The notes beneath the pieces were generated by a model. It was given only the letters and a program-made list of their open reading frames with translations. It was not told where the DNA came from and made no database searches. The position numbers and the translations under genes were made by a program. This document shows, one piece after another, positions 1-9,306 of a DNA stretch of 64,000 nt. The stretch is taken from positions 38,564-102,563 of the IMG/VR virus record IMGVR_UViG_3300036833_000307; one strand, given 5' to 3'. This DNA comes from a virus (Duplodnaviria > Caudoviricetes). Position 1 is the stretch's first letter, and the number at the start of each line of letters is the position of its first letter.

Positions 1-62
1 AGTCATGGTTTAGGCTCCCGCCCAGATCGCCGAAAGCAACCCATTGTGCTAGACCGGCAGTC

Positions 63-452
63 ATGGATACCAGTATGAGCGTTCAGCCGACCTTCAGCCA
101 CCGGATCGAGGCCTACGTCGACCGGGCGAACGTGCTGCTCGACGAGATCCGTCGAGCGGCAAACTACCTGCGCGGCAAGTACGGGTACACGCTGGCGATG
201 TTGGAATCCGTTGCCAAGGTGCACAAAAACAGCTTGCTCAAGCTGGCCGACCCTGACTGGCGGCCGAAGATGGATACCCTGGTCCGCCTCGGAGCGCTGG
301 TGGAGCGCGCGCAAGCGCATCGCCGCGGCGAGGTGTTCCGGTTTCCCGAGCGCCGCGGTCCCGGACGGCCACCCGGATCGAAGAACAGCAAATCGCGCCG
401 TTCGCCGACCAAGGCGCGAAAAAATATGCCGAAAAGTATTCCACCGCCATGA
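63..452 (+). CDS. putative DNA-binding regulator (HTH-like, basic C-terminal AT-hook-like tail)
   Basis: 129-aa ORF with a helical HTH-like middle and an RRGPGRPPGSK motif; overlaps the next gene via ATGA. Confidence 0.5.
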   Translation: MDTSMSVQPTFSHRIEAYVDRANVLLDEIRRAANYLRGKYGYTLAMLESVAKVHKNSLLKLADPDWRPKMDTLVRLGALVERAQAHRRGEVFRFPERRGPGRPPGSKNSKSRRSPTKARKNMPKSIPPP

Positions 453-988
453 CCGAGCCGGCCCAGACCAAGGTCCAGACCAAGGTCCAGACCAAGGTCC
501 AGACCAAGCCCAACCAGCACGAGACCAGGCTGCAGATCTACCTGGTCGAGTTGTTCATCAAGCACGTGAAGCGCGAAGACGCGGTGCTGGCGATGACCGG
601 CAACGGCAGCTACCGCACGCCGGAAACCCTGCGGCTGATCACCCGCATGGGCCTCGTCGAGGGTCTGCCGGACCTGGTGCTGATCCTGCCCGAGACCCGG
701 CTGCACTGGATCGAGGTGAAGCTCGAGAAGACGCTGTGGCACAAACGCACCGACCTCACCGGAGCCCAGCCGGCAATGCATACGCTGCTGCGGACGATGG
801 GTCACCGGGTGAGCACGGTGCGGAATGCCAAGGAGCTCTGGGCGATCATCGAGGCGGAGCGGATCCCCCACACACTGACCGAGTTTCCGCCCGAGCAGAT
901 GACCTTCGAGTACAGCCGGCGCCCGCTCAAACGGCGACGCCGCACTTCACCCGAATCCGCTGCAGCACCGCCTCCTGCTTCTCCGTAG
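449..988 (+). CDS. VRR-NUC family (PD-(D/E)xK) endonuclease / putative resolvase
   Basis: MGLVEGLPDL...WIEVK...Q motif pattern typical of phage VRR-NUC proteins. Confidence 0.75.
   Translation: MTEPAQTKVQTKVQTKVQTKPNQHETRLQIYLVELFIKHVKREDAVLAMTGNGSYRTPETLRLITRMGLVEGLPDLVLILPETRLHWIEVKLEKTLWHKRTDLTGAQPAMHTLLRTMGHRVSTVRNAKELWAIIEAERIPHTLTEFPPEQMTFEYSRRPLKRRRRTSPESAAAPPPASP
464..508 (+). repeat. 12-bp in-frame tandem repeat (CAGACCAAGGTC, about 3.75 copies), encoding QTKV repeats
   Basis: three perfect copies plus a partial fourth, read directly. Confidence 0.95.
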
Positions 989-1436
989 GTGGCCGGAGCC
1001 GCTCGCCGATCGAAGTCTTCAGAAAGTCATGTTCCCATTGGGACAATCGATTGCTGTATTCCTGCAGCAATGAATTGGCCTCGACTTGCCAAGGATATGG
1101 CTCTGGCGGTGGCGGTGGCGGCGGCGGACGCCTTGGCTGCGGCCTGGCCTGCTTAACTCCGGCGGCAAAGCCGCGCCGATAACCTTCCGCCAGCCCGCGC
1201 TGATAGCCTGCCGCCACCCCGCTCTGATAAGCCGCCAGCCCGCTCCGGTAATCCGCCTCATTGGGCTCTGCCGGCAGCAGGCCAAGCACATCGTTCCACT
1301 GCAGCTGGAGTTTCTGCACCAGGCGATTGGCCAGCCGCGCGGCATTGAGCGCTTCGCCGTCGTGGCCGCTGCCGATCATCCCGAGCAGCTGAGCAAGGCG
1401 CTTGCGATCCGGCCCTTCGATGCGCGCCACGGCCAT
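927..1436 (-). CDS. hypothetical phage protein (Pro-rich linker)
   Basis: 169-aa ORF; last gene of the leftward operon. Confidence 0.65.
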   Translation of the reverse strand: MAVARIEGPDRKRLAQLLGMIGSGHDGEALNAARLANRLVQKLQLQWNDVLGLLPAEPNEADYRSGLAAYQSGVAAGYQRGLAEGYRRGFAAGVKQARPQPRRPPPPPPPPEPYPWQVEANSLLQEYSNRLSQWEHDFLKTSIGERLRPPTEKQEAVLQRIRVKCGVAV

Positions 1437-1516
1437 TCAACGAGCGGCGACCTGCAGGCGCCACGTTGCCCATATCGCCGCTCTCGCCGTGGCTTCCCCG
1501 CTACGAACTTCCTCGT

Positions 1517-1789
1517 TCAAGTGATGAATTGCATCTCGCCCGGGAAGCCCATGGCAAGACATTGGGTCAACGATTGATCGAGCGCCCGGTCGAAGAAGCT
1601 GCGGCATTGTCGCACGGCGTCCGGCGAGCCAGTGCCGATCACGGTGGAGGCGACGGTGAAGGCGAGCGCGTTGAGCGCTTCATAAATCCGGTCAGCGGAG
1701 CAGGGACCTTTGAGATAATTGCCACGGATCGCCTCCAGCATGATCAGGCTCAAGCTTTCTACCCGCTCTCGATCGAGTTCGTCCATCAT
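1517..1789 (-). CDS. hypothetical protein
   Basis: 90-aa ORF in a tightly packed leftward operon. Confidence 0.6.
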   Translation of the reverse strand: MMDELDRERVESLSLIMLEAIRGNYLKGPCSADRIYEALNALAFTVASTVIGTGSPDAVRQCRSFFDRALDQSLTQCLAMGFPGEMQFIT

Positions 1790-1801
1790 CGTGTGCTCGG
1801 T

Positions 1802-2023
1802 TTATCTCGCGCCATCTTGTTGCGTCCAGTCGTGGCACCGGCCGCAATAGCCTTCAGCGATGTCCTTCGGATGATAACTCGTCAGGCCGCAGCGCGGGCA
1901 GGTGATACTCGGCGGCGTATGCGCGGTTTTCCCACTCGAGGAACCACCGCAGCAATCGTCGAGTTCTTCCTGGGTCACTGGCGACGTGCGCCAACGGCCT
2001 GGCAGATCAAACAGGTCAGGCAT
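1802..2023 (-). CDS. small Zn-finger-like protein
   Basis: CPRC...YCGRC motifs; start overlaps the upstream stop. Confidence 0.55.
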   Translation of the reverse strand: MPDLFDLPGRWRTSPVTQEELDDCCGGSSSGKTAHTPPSITCPRCGLTSYHPKDIAEGYCGRCHDWTQQDGAR

Positions 2024-2250
2024 CAGGATGGCTCGCTCGTACTGTGCTGCGATATCGGCGAATGGCGTCCGAAGCGCAGCAGCTGCAGCATCTCGGTGAG
2101 CAATTGCTGGGTTGCCGCAGGACCGCCTGCCGAGCTCAGGCAGTGCACTCGACCATCGCCGCCGGTGCGGAACATCAGGACGAACTCGCCGACATCATCG
2201 GGGAACGCATGCGCCAGCGTTTCGCCGATCACCTGGTAGTCCACATTCAT
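2023..2250 (-). CDS. hypothetical protein
   Basis: start moved to MNVDYQ at 2250, after a GAGGA RBS and coupled to the upstream stop. Confidence 0.55.
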   Translation of the reverse strand: MNVDYQVIGETLAHAFPDDVGEFVLMFRTGGDGRVHCLSSAGGPAATQQLLTEMLQLLRFGRHSPISQHSTSEPS

Positions 2251-2591
2251 CGCCGTTCCTCCTCGAGCGGGAGCAAGACGCCCTTCCGCCAGTGCCATTC
2301 GAACGCGGTGCGGTCGCCGGCGTCGAGGATCCAGATGCGTTCGATCCGGCCAACGCAGGCATCGATCGAGCGCAGCAGCCGGCGCACGGTATGGCTGGCG
2401 GTTGCCGCGTCGGTCCGGCCGGCGACCGCAAACGCGCTGCTGTCGAACAGCTGGGCGCAGACCTGGAACTGCCGGCTGTCGGCCTTCTGAGACGCCATCT
2501 CATCAGTCGGGATGGCCTTGGCTTGGCCTGGGAAGCCCGTAGGCGGCTTCCCGACTTCGCGGGCCTGCAGATACCCGAACAGCCGGTTCAT
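2247..2591 (-). CDS. hypothetical protein
   Basis: ORF coupled to the downstream gene; start uncertain. Confidence 0.45.
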   Translation of the reverse strand: MNRLFGYLQAREVGKPPTGFPGQAKAIPTDEMASQKADSRQFQVCAQLFDSSAFAVAGRTDAATASHTVRRLLRSIDACVGRIERIWILDAGDRTAFEWHWRKGVLLPLEEERR

Positions 2592-2619
2592 GGCGCCAGC
2601 GACCGCCGGACGGCCAGCA

Positions 2620-2898
2620 TCAGGCGGATCGCCCGGCGGGCAACTCGCGCAGCAACTCTACCATCATGCGCGCCGTCCCCATGGTCAGCTTACCGGCCTC
2701 GAGTTTGTCGACCACCGCCTGGGCCGCCCGTTCGGTCAGCGGCAGGGCGCAGCATGGGCAGAGACTGAGCGGTGGCCCGGCACCGTCATCGATGGCGAAT
2801 CCGCCACCGGCCACCCGGCGGATGGTGAAGTTCATCGGCGTTCCCCTTTCCCCGAGCCGCAGAAATGGCAGCATTGCTGCCTTGATTTGGGATATCAC
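2620..2898 (-). CDS. hypothetical protein
   Basis: 92-aa ORF with CPCC motif, coupled to the upstream gene; start uncertain. Confidence 0.5.
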   Translation of the reverse strand: MISQIKAAMLPFLRLGERGTPMNFTIRRVAGGGFAIDDGAGPPLSLCPCCALPLTERAAQAVVDKLEAGKLTMGTARMMVELLRELPAGRSA

Positions 2899-3116
2899 CC
2901 TTCCGCAACCGGATCGGCCGGTCGGTCGAGAGCGTCACCCAGCCGGTCGATAGCAGCGGTCATTCCCGCAATGGCGCGAGCGATGGCGAACAGTCCATCG
3001 GCCACGTTGGCGGAGACTGTATCGGTGCCGCGGGGATCTTCGTAGGGGCTGACAAAGGCGTCGTCGATCGCCGTTGCGATGGTCTCGAGAGGGGTCACGA
3101 GAGCATCATCGGCCAT
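2895..3116 (-). CDS. hypothetical protein
   Basis: 73-aa acidic ORF preceded by GGAG. Confidence 0.55.
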   Translation of the reverse strand: MADDALVTPLETIATAIDDAFVSPYEDPRGTDTVSANVADGLFAIARAIAGMTAAIDRLGDALDRPADPVAEG

Positions 3117-3330
3117 GCTCGGGCACTCCGCTGCGGGTTTGGACGATGAGCGCTTCCATGTCGGCCCGATGGGTGCGGCAGGTCCAGCGGATTTGCGGCC
3201 AGGGTGTGAGCGGCGGGCCGAAGCCGAAGGGGGCGTAGGAGGCGCCGCAGAAGTGGCAGGGATGATCGCGCAGCGGTGGTGAGTATCTCTGGACAGTCAC
3301 CGGCGGCCGCGGTGGAGGTCTCCGGGCCAT
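3106..3330 (-). CDS. small Cys/His (Zn-binding) protein
   Basis: CHFCG...WTCRTH; GGAG RBS. Confidence 0.6.
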   Translation of the reverse strand: MARRPPPRPPVTVQRYSPPLRDHPCHFCGASYAPFGFGPPLTPWPQIRWTCRTHRADMEALIVQTRSGVPEHGR

Positions 3331-3390
3331 ATCACTCCCGCCAGTTCTTCTCTGGCGGCTTGCTTTCGTCTGCGGGATCTGAGCCAGTCA

Positions 3391-3684
3391 TCAGTCGGCC
3401 TCCATTCTGCTCAGAGCGAGATCACGGCGTTCTCTGCACACCTTGCGGCCGGGCGCCTTACAGGCTTGGCAACGGCGGGACGGCCATTTGCTGTCTGGAA
3501 CGGTAAAGAGCTCAAAGGTGACACCGCAGGTCGGACACTTGGTTTGCCAATAGACGACGAAGATCGTTTTACCACGACGGTTGACGTAATTGCCCAGCCG
3601 AACAAATCGATAGAGCTGTTTATCGAACTCAAAACTGCTGGGTTGCCGATGCTCCTCGGACAGAGGAATGCTTGGCTCAGCCAT
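3391..3684 (-). CDS. Zn-ribbon protein (paralog of 15996-16253)
   Basis: start MAEPS at 3684 after AGGAG; W..CPTCG..F....RRC..C.APG motif shared with 15996-16253. Confidence 0.65.
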   Translation of the reverse strand: MAEPSIPLSEEHRQPSSFEFDKQLYRFVRLGNYVNRRGKTIFVVYWQTKCPTCGVTFELFTVPDSKWPSRRCQACKAPGRKVCRERRDLALSRMEAD

Positions 3685-3699
3685 CTGCGCATCTCCTAA

Positions 3700-4050
3700 T
3701 GCGTGAGGGTCAGGACCGGCCCGGAGGGTTTGCAGCCTCCGGGTTGGTCCGCTGATCCAACCCCTTCGGTCGACCAGCGTCAAGCATCCGAACCCCCCCC
3801 TCAAGCCCCGCGCGCGATTCGCGCGCGGGCGCGCGCGCGCCCCCCACTAAAGGGGGGGAGGACCAACGGACCAGCGGACCAAAAACGCCCCTTGGAGAGG
3901 CGTTTTGGTCCGGTTCTGGACCAGCAGAAGTTGTTGATTTCATTGACATATTCGGACCGTAGCTTCAGCTTGCTTCATTGTTACGGTCCGGGACGGACCA
4001 GTTCGTTAACGGACCAGTCCAATGAAGCAAGGGACCAGCCCGGGACCGTA
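3700..4050. other. candidate replication origin (GGWCC iteron-like cluster, GC palindromes, AT-rich core)
   Basis: about 13 GGACC/GGTCC copies in both orientations in non-coding DNA just downstream of the helicase; C8/G7 runs flanking a CGCGCG palindrome; AT-rich segment 3928-3952. Confidence 0.55.
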
Positions 4051-4055
4051 ATGGA

Positions 4056-5252
4056 TTACAAACCTGCTGCCTTCAGCACATCCTGGCCCTTTTGGGTCAC
4101 CGACCAAGGACCGCGCTTACGTTGCTGCGCGATGAGCTTGTCGGCCGCTAAGGCCTTGATTGATCTATCAACCCGCGTCCTCAACGGCATGTCACCCTCA
4201 CTGACCCACCCAGCTTCACGGCAGATTTGGTTCCGGGACCAATCTGGATGGTCGCGCATGCTGCGTAGCACAATATCGTCGTTGGCCAGCGCTTGCTTCT
4301 GCTGATCCGCCGCAGCTTCCTCCGACATCGGCTCGGCGATGATGGTGACCTCGGGTTCGTCCCATTCATCGAGCAGGCCGGTTTCGACTGGCCGCAACCG
4401 ATAGTGGAAGGTCGGGAAATCCGGACCACGGATTTTGCCGAGCCAATGCAATCTGGTGTTCTCGCCAAGCGCCTCCGACCATAGGGTCAGGTTGCCATCC
4501 AGCTCGTTGACAAATCCGCCTCCTCCACGAGGCAGAAGAGTGCCTTCGGTCGCGTTCTTCACCGGATGTGACAGCATCATGATGGCCGGCTTGCCGTTAC
4601 AGCCGTTCAGTATCCGCAAGGTGCGGGCATACAACCCCATGGGCACGTTGGCGTTGTCGTCCTCGCCGGGGAAGAAGCTGGACGTGGTGTCGCCGACGAT
4701 CAGACCGAACGGGATCCCCAGGGCGTCGATGTCCTGCTTGAGCGCCTTGATCGCCTCCTCGTTGAGCGGGAAGGCGCCTGGGAGCACAAACGGCAGATGA
4801 CCCCTGGGCAACTTGTAGGCTTTTGCCATGCCCAGCATACGAGCCTCGAGGTCGGCGGGGTTTTCCCCGGCCAGGAACAGCACGTTGCTTTTGAACGTCC
4901 GCAGATGGCCGATCATGCGGCCGGCGTGAATCATGCAGGCATTGAACAGCCAGACCGCGGTCTTGCCGTGGCCGGTGAGCGAGGTGCACGAGTAGAGCCT
5001 GCCGCGCTGCACAATGCCTTCGATCAGCCAAACTGGAGGGACGTGAGTGGCGACGAATGCGGCACCGGTCTTGATCCGCCCGTTGTCTTGGCCGTTTGGC
5101 TTGTATTCCTTCTCGGCATCGGGTGGCGGTTGGCCGTCCTTCCAGCCGTGCTCGCGCTGATAATCCTTACCCGGCGGTGGCATGTAGTCGGGGTCATCGG
5201 TGCCGTCGCGGTCACGCCATGGCTGGTCGTCATCGTTCTTGGAGCCGCTCAT
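4056..5252 (-). CDS. RepA-type (AAA_25-like) replicative helicase with C-terminal winged helix
   Basis: WLIEGI..RGRL; Walker A SLTGHGKT; VLFLAGEN; Walker B LIVGDT; HPVK...RGGG; adjacent to Prim-Pol. Confidence 0.85.
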   Translation of the reverse strand: MSGSKNDDDQPWRDRDGTDDPDYMPPPGKDYQREHGWKDGQPPPDAEKEYKPNGQDNGRIKTGAAFVATHVPPVWLIEGIVQRGRLYSCTSLTGHGKTAVWLFNACMIHAGRMIGHLRTFKSNVLFLAGENPADLEARMLGMAKAYKLPRGHLPFVLPGAFPLNEEAIKALKQDIDALGIPFGLIVGDTTSSFFPGEDDNANVPMGLYARTLRILNGCNGKPAIMMLSHPVKNATEGTLLPRGGGGFVNELDGNLTLWSEALGENTRLHWLGKIRGPDFPTFHYRLRPVETGLLDEWDEPEVTIIAEPMSEEAAADQQKQALANDDIVLRSMRDHPDWSRNQICREAGWVSEGDMPLRTRVDRSIKALAADKLIAQQRKRGPWSVTQKGQDVLKAAGL

Positions 5253-6085
5253 GCGCCAGCCGCTTTCAACCCTGACTGGATGGTCCGGGCGCTGGCCTTG
5301 ATGTCGGCGGCCGAGACGAAGCCAGCGTCGCGCGCGGCGTTGGCCAGCAGGGTTTCGGCCTCGAGGCGTCCTAGCTCACCCTCGACCACGCGTCGGCCGA
5401 GGCACCACGCCCCCCAGTTCAGCATGGCGTTGCGGTTGCCTTCCGGGGTTTCGGCGATCTTGCGCAGGATTGCGCCGATGCCGGCCTCGCTGTAGCGGCG
5501 CGGATCGCCGGTGACCTTGGGTCTGGGCGGTGGTGGCGCCGGTGGAGGAAACAGCGCCTTGCTCAGCCAGTCCGGCCAGGGGGCTGGCGGTGCGCTGTTG
5601 AGCATCGGCAGGCCGGCGGCAAACCAGAAGATGGCGAAACCGCCTTCGCCGCGAACGTCGACGCCACGCAGCGGGTCTGGTGGTGCGCCTGTGCGCTTGT
5701 TGCCATGGGTGATCGAGCCGACTTCGGCGGTCGCCAGGAAATGCAGATGGATGCCCCCCCGCCTGGTACGCAATACGGTGGTCGGCAGCAGCGAGCGGCC
5801 GAAGATGTGCCACCAGGCGCGTGCGGTGTCGTGCTCGACGTCGAGGTCCAGCACGATGCGGTTGGAAACCTTGCCGGTGGCAACTCCGATCAGCGGTCCC
5901 GGCCAGTTGCGCCACAGCCAGCCAATTTCGTCGGGATCCTTCGAGGCGTCCTTGAACCCGTGCTCGCCTTCCTCGCCTTTCGGGCATGGCCGGGTTGGTC
6001 GCTTGTCATCGCCGCACGGGAACACGGCAAAGCCGCAGTTACGCGCCAGCGCTTGGGCCATGGTGCAGATATCTTCGTGCTTCAT
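5249..6085 (-). CDS. bifunctional DNA primase/polymerase (Prim-Pol) with PriCT-like C-terminus
   Basis: AVFPC..DKRP, HGFKDAS.D, IGVATG, VLDLDV, T.RGGIHLHF, GVDVRGEGG, EGNRN motifs. Confidence 0.9.
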   Translation of the reverse strand: MKHEDICTMAQALARNCGFAVFPCGDDKRPTRPCPKGEEGEHGFKDASKDPDEIGWLWRNWPGPLIGVATGKVSNRIVLDLDVEHDTARAWWHIFGRSLLPTTVLRTRRGGIHLHFLATAEVGSITHGNKRTGAPPDPLRGVDVRGEGGFAIFWFAAGLPMLNSAPPAPWPDWLSKALFPPPAPPPPRPKVTGDPRRYSEAGIGAILRKIAETPEGNRNAMLNWGAWCLGRRVVEGELGRLEAETLLANAARDAGFVSAADIKASARTIQSGLKAAGA

Positions 6086-6477
6086 GACGCCACCTCCTGG
6101 CCGGAGGCCTGCGGCGACGGCAACTGGGCTTGCAGCTCGCCCAGCAGATGCGGGCGGTCGCGGCGGATCGCCTCGATCACCGCCGCCGACCAGCGGCGGC
6201 GGATGTCCGGGGTCTCGAAGCTGATCAGGTCATTCGACCACACTAGCTTGCCGCCGGCATCGCGCAGCGGCTCCGACGAGCCGTCACGCAGCCGGAGCCG
6301 TGCCGGTGGCGCCGCCCAGCAGGTGTTGCCATGGCGGTGGATGCCGATCTCGCCGATGACGAGGCCGGATGGAAACACCATCCGGGCGAAGCCGATCAGC
6401 GAGCCTTTGGTGAAGTCGCGGAAGTGGATGAGCCGCGCGCGGTTGCCGTTTGACGGACCATTGAGCGGGGCATTCAT
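6082..6477 (-). CDS. replication-module small protein, possibly ssDNA-binding
   Basis: beta-rich pattern GSLIGFARM..SGLVI..I.IH....WAAPP; directly upstream of Prim-Pol. Confidence 0.55.
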   Translation of the reverse strand: MNAPLNGPSNGNRARLIHFRDFTKGSLIGFARMVFPSGLVIGEIGIHRHGNTCWAAPPARLRLRDGSSEPLRDAGGKLVWSNDLISFETPDIRRRWSAAVIEAIRRDRPHLLGELQAQLPSPQASGQEVAS

Positions 6478-6930
6478 CCATGCGCCCCCCTGGCCCGCGT
6501 GTGCGGCACATCACAATGGACAATTTTCGCGGGTATCGGGGGAACGAAACCAGAAACAATGAAGGCTATCGTGCTGTGCATAAATTTCCCTCCCCCGTGA
6601 CCGCACCATGACGGATCGATGATCCGCCGGTGAAAATGCCGGTGTGGAGGGCTGGTCTGCCGCGGGAAAAGCCTTGCTGCCGGATTTTCCGTCGCCTATA
6701 TATTTCCATGGCGACGGGAAACCGGCGTTGCACAGGGGCTGCTCAACAAACCCTGCTGCTGCTCCGCGGTGTGGCTTGCAAAACCTCACACCGGTAGTTT
6801 TCTCCCAAACCGAAGGCCGGGGGGCGGGCTACGCTTCCCGGCCTTCATCGTTCAGGAAGCTATGCAGCCTAGCGCCAAACCGCGCTGCACGGCAAACCGA
6901 ATTTCCGTCATAGCTTAATAGGCTAGCTGC

Positions 6931-6961
6931 TTGATGCGTCAGGCAAAAATCGCCATATAAC
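6931..6961 (+). promoter_or_regulatory. candidate sigma70 promoter of the rightward early arm
   Basis: TTGATG-N17-CATATA with an A-tract in the spacer, in the divergent intergenic region. Confidence 0.5.
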
Positions 6962-7022
6962 CTTGTGCCGGATAGTTATCCCCAGGCTTATCCCCCAGAA
7001 ACATTGAGCAACACTGCCGTGA

Positions 7023-7080
7023 GTTCCTGAAACCCGCTCGGGTCTCCGGGCGGAATTCCCCGCCCGGGTAGACAAGGAAC
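7023..7080 (+). ncRNA. three-way-junction leader element, copy G (permutation II)
   Basis: gttcct-GAAA-ccc/ggg-TC-9 bp stem-TAGACA-aggaac; ATG at 7089. Confidence 0.6.
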
Positions 7081-7088
7081 CACTCATC

Positions 7089-7574
7089 ATGGCCTCATTG
7101 TTCCAGGTTCATAAGAACTCTGGCGACATTGTCGCGGTCAGCGCCCGCACCATGCTGGGCATGCTGGCCGATCCCTATTCGGCCGCGCGCCTGATGCGCG
7201 AGCTGGCGTTCGATCGCGAGGTCGAGGTCGAGCTGCGCGACGGGCCGGCCAAGGTCAAATACGCTGACCCATTACCCAAACGGCAGCGCGAGCTGCCGAT
7301 CATCCCCTACGATGCTCAGGTGAACCTCGTCTTCGTGCTGCCGGCGCTGGTGAAGTGCCGCGCCAGTTCGGAGATGGAGGCCAAGCACACCATCGAGGAA
7401 ATCCTGCTGCGCGCCGGCCGCTGGCCGAGCGACGGCTTCGATCTCATTCTCCGGCCCGAGGACCTGAAGGCGTTCATTGAAAGTCTGGAGATCAAAAGCA
7501 CTCTGGCGATCCAGGACGTCGAATTCCTCAACGTCTATCCATGCAAGCAGCTGACCCACGAGCGGAGGACCTGA
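7089..7574 (+). CDS. hypothetical early protein
   Basis: 161-aa ORF, AAGGA RBS. Confidence 0.7.
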   Translation: MASLFQVHKNSGDIVAVSARTMLGMLADPYSAARLMRELAFDREVEVELRDGPAKVKYADPLPKRQRELPIIPYDAQVNLVFVLPALVKCRASSEMEAKHTIEEILLRAGRWPSDGFDLILRPEDLKAFIESLEIKSTLAIQDVEFLNVYPCKQLTHERRT

Positions 7575-7576
7575 CC

Positions 7577-8134
7577 ATGCTGATGTCGGTATTCCGCCAG
7601 GGCCAGCCCACGCTGCAGATCGACCACCTGGTCGCCATACGCGAGGCGGTCGATCCGGATCACGCCGGCATGGTGTTGCACGCCTGGACGCAGAACGCGA
7701 CCGTATTGATCGGTCTGCGTTCCGGCGAGGCGATCATCAAGCCTGCCGCCGACGGCGATGAGCAGCTCAGCTTCGAGGCGCTCTATGACACCTGCATTTC
7801 GCTTTCGCAGTGGAAGCAGATGAAGGCTCAGCGCGTCGTCAAACCTGAGGACCTCGCACCGCATCTCTACGAGCTCGATGTTCTGCTCGAACAGGCTCGT
7901 CCGGTGCGTGTGCGGCTGCGCATTAAAGCCAAAACAACCACCGAAGTAAGTCAGCTTCTCAATCGCTTGGTCCGTGAAGACAAAGAATTTCAGGATAGCT
8001 TGATGGCGAAGCTTACCGAGGCGTTGTTGATACAGGACGACGGCTCGATCATTTCTACTTCAGTACACAAGGTTGAGCACGTTGCGCCTGGAGATGCGCC
8101 GCTCTGGTCGTTCGTCCCAGAGGAACCTGGCTGA
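7577..8134 (+). CDS. hypothetical early protein
   Basis: start MLMSV at 7577 after GGAGG. Confidence 0.7.
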   Translation: MLMSVFRQGQPTLQIDHLVAIREAVDPDHAGMVLHAWTQNATVLIGLRSGEAIIKPAADGDEQLSFEALYDTCISLSQWKQMKAQRVVKPEDLAPHLYELDVLLEQARPVRVRLRIKAKTTTEVSQLLNRLVREDKEFQDSLMAKLTEALLIQDDGSIISTSVHKVEHVAPGDAPLWSFVPEEPG

Positions 8135-8151
8135 TGGCTCGGAAACCGCGC

Positions 8152-8297
8152 TTGCATTTCCAGTCCATGCCGCTAGACTGCATTTTGTCGGCTCGACGCG
8201 GCATGGCGCGACTTGGCCAGTCCCGGCTCGGCTTGGCAGGCACGGAGAAGCAGGACCCAGAAGCACCATGCCGCTTCCGGGTCCTGCGCTCGGTTTT
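8152..8297 (+). ncRNA. promoter-pentamer repeat-hairpin unit E1
   Basis: TTGCAT-N16-TAGACT; pentamers 8191-8245; hairpin 8250-8287; TTTT downstream. Confidence 0.65.
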
Positions 8298-8304
8298 CCG
8301 CACA

Positions 8305-8368
8305 GTGTCTTTCGCACGCCATCCTGGTGTGCGGCAGAGAGCCCGCTGTTCAACGGGTAGAAAGACAC
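8305..8368 (+). ncRNA. three-way-junction leader element, copy A (permutation III)
   Basis: gtgtcT-T-stem-CAGAGA-stem-aGAAAgacac; ATG at 8376. Confidence 0.7.
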
Positions 8369-8375
8369 CAAAAAT

Positions 8376-9197
8376 ATGTCTGATATCGTAAGGATGTTAT
8401 CGAACCCGCTGGCAAAATCCGCATCCCAAACCGATTTCTTTCTCCTTACATTGGCGGAATGTGCAAAATTCGGCGTGCCGCCGCAGGCGCTTGCGCTGCT
8501 GCGCGATGTGCATAGCATGTTGGGATATTCCAAACCGCTCGGCGAAAAACAGATCAGCGCCCTGGCTGGGCCGTTGGTGGCGTGGCGCACCGATCCCCGG
8601 CAGCCGCATTTCGAGCGCGTTGTCGATCTCGAACGGCTGGCCTTTCACCAGCGCGCGCTGATCGCCTTTGGCGGCGGCAAACCTGGCGAAATGGTGGGCC
8701 GTGCCGAGATCGTATACGCGATGGGAAATCTGCTGCACGGGACCTCGCCGCCGGAATACTACGAAGTATTCCAGTGGGCCTCCGTCGATACGCTCGCGGA
8801 GATCGAGGGAGACAGCAAGGCGAAAATCCTGGCCGACCGTGAAAAGGACGGCTGGACAGCCGTCGCCGATGCGGAAGTAACCCAGCCCGGTGGGCGGCTC
8901 TACGCCACCTACCAGGAAATCTGCACGTCGATCCGCCGCGAGGCAATCGCCGGACTGGAGCGGAACCCGGCGGGGCATCCACGCAACATACTGCGGCCAA
9001 TGGCCGCTCTGGCCATCGCCAACCATGCCCGGATCAAACAGGAACTCCTCGCCGAGGGGCGTCCCGAAGTGGTGGAGACACTCGACCGCACGATCGAACA
9101 GATCCGCGGCATGTTTCCTGGTCTTGGCTCGTTGGACGATGAGCTCAAGCGGCGCAACCAGGCCGCTCTCAACGAGGTCCTGGAAGAACTCCTGTGA
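8376..9197 (+). CDS. hypothetical early protein
   Basis: 273-aa ORF with globular composition. Confidence 0.75.
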   Translation: MSDIVRMLSNPLAKSASQTDFFLLTLAECAKFGVPPQALALLRDVHSMLGYSKPLGEKQISALAGPLVAWRTDPRQPHFERVVDLERLAFHQRALIAFGGGKPGEMVGRAEIVYAMGNLLHGTSPPEYYEVFQWASVDTLAEIEGDSKAKILADREKDGWTAVADAEVTQPGGRLYATYQEICTSIRREAIAGLERNPAGHPRNILRPMAALAIANHARIKQELLAEGRPEVVETLDRTIEQIRGMFPGLGSLDDELKRRNQAALNEVLEELL

Positions 9198-9241
9198 GCC
9201 TCGCGGATCCCGGTGCGCAAGCACCGGGTTCCGGTCCGCCA

Positions 9242-9302
9242 TCCCTATCGCCGCACTCATTGTGCGGCGGCAGAGAGCCGGCTGATACCGGCGCAAGGGA
9301 GG
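9242..9302 (+). ncRNA. three-way-junction leader element, copy B
   Basis: tcccT-A-9 bp stem-CAGAGA-gccgg/ccggc-GCAAgggagg; ATG at 9307. Confidence 0.7.
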
Positions 9303-9306
9303 CCTT

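Noticed and set aside
8134-8391. ORFs running through pentamer arrays (also 12174-12698, 23328-23777, 31520-31912 and the N-terminal extension of 52267-52815)
   Set aside because: Their ARHG/AWLG-type translations come from GC-rich, stop-free pentamer DNA. A 5-nt period conserved without regard to frame argues for non-coding function.
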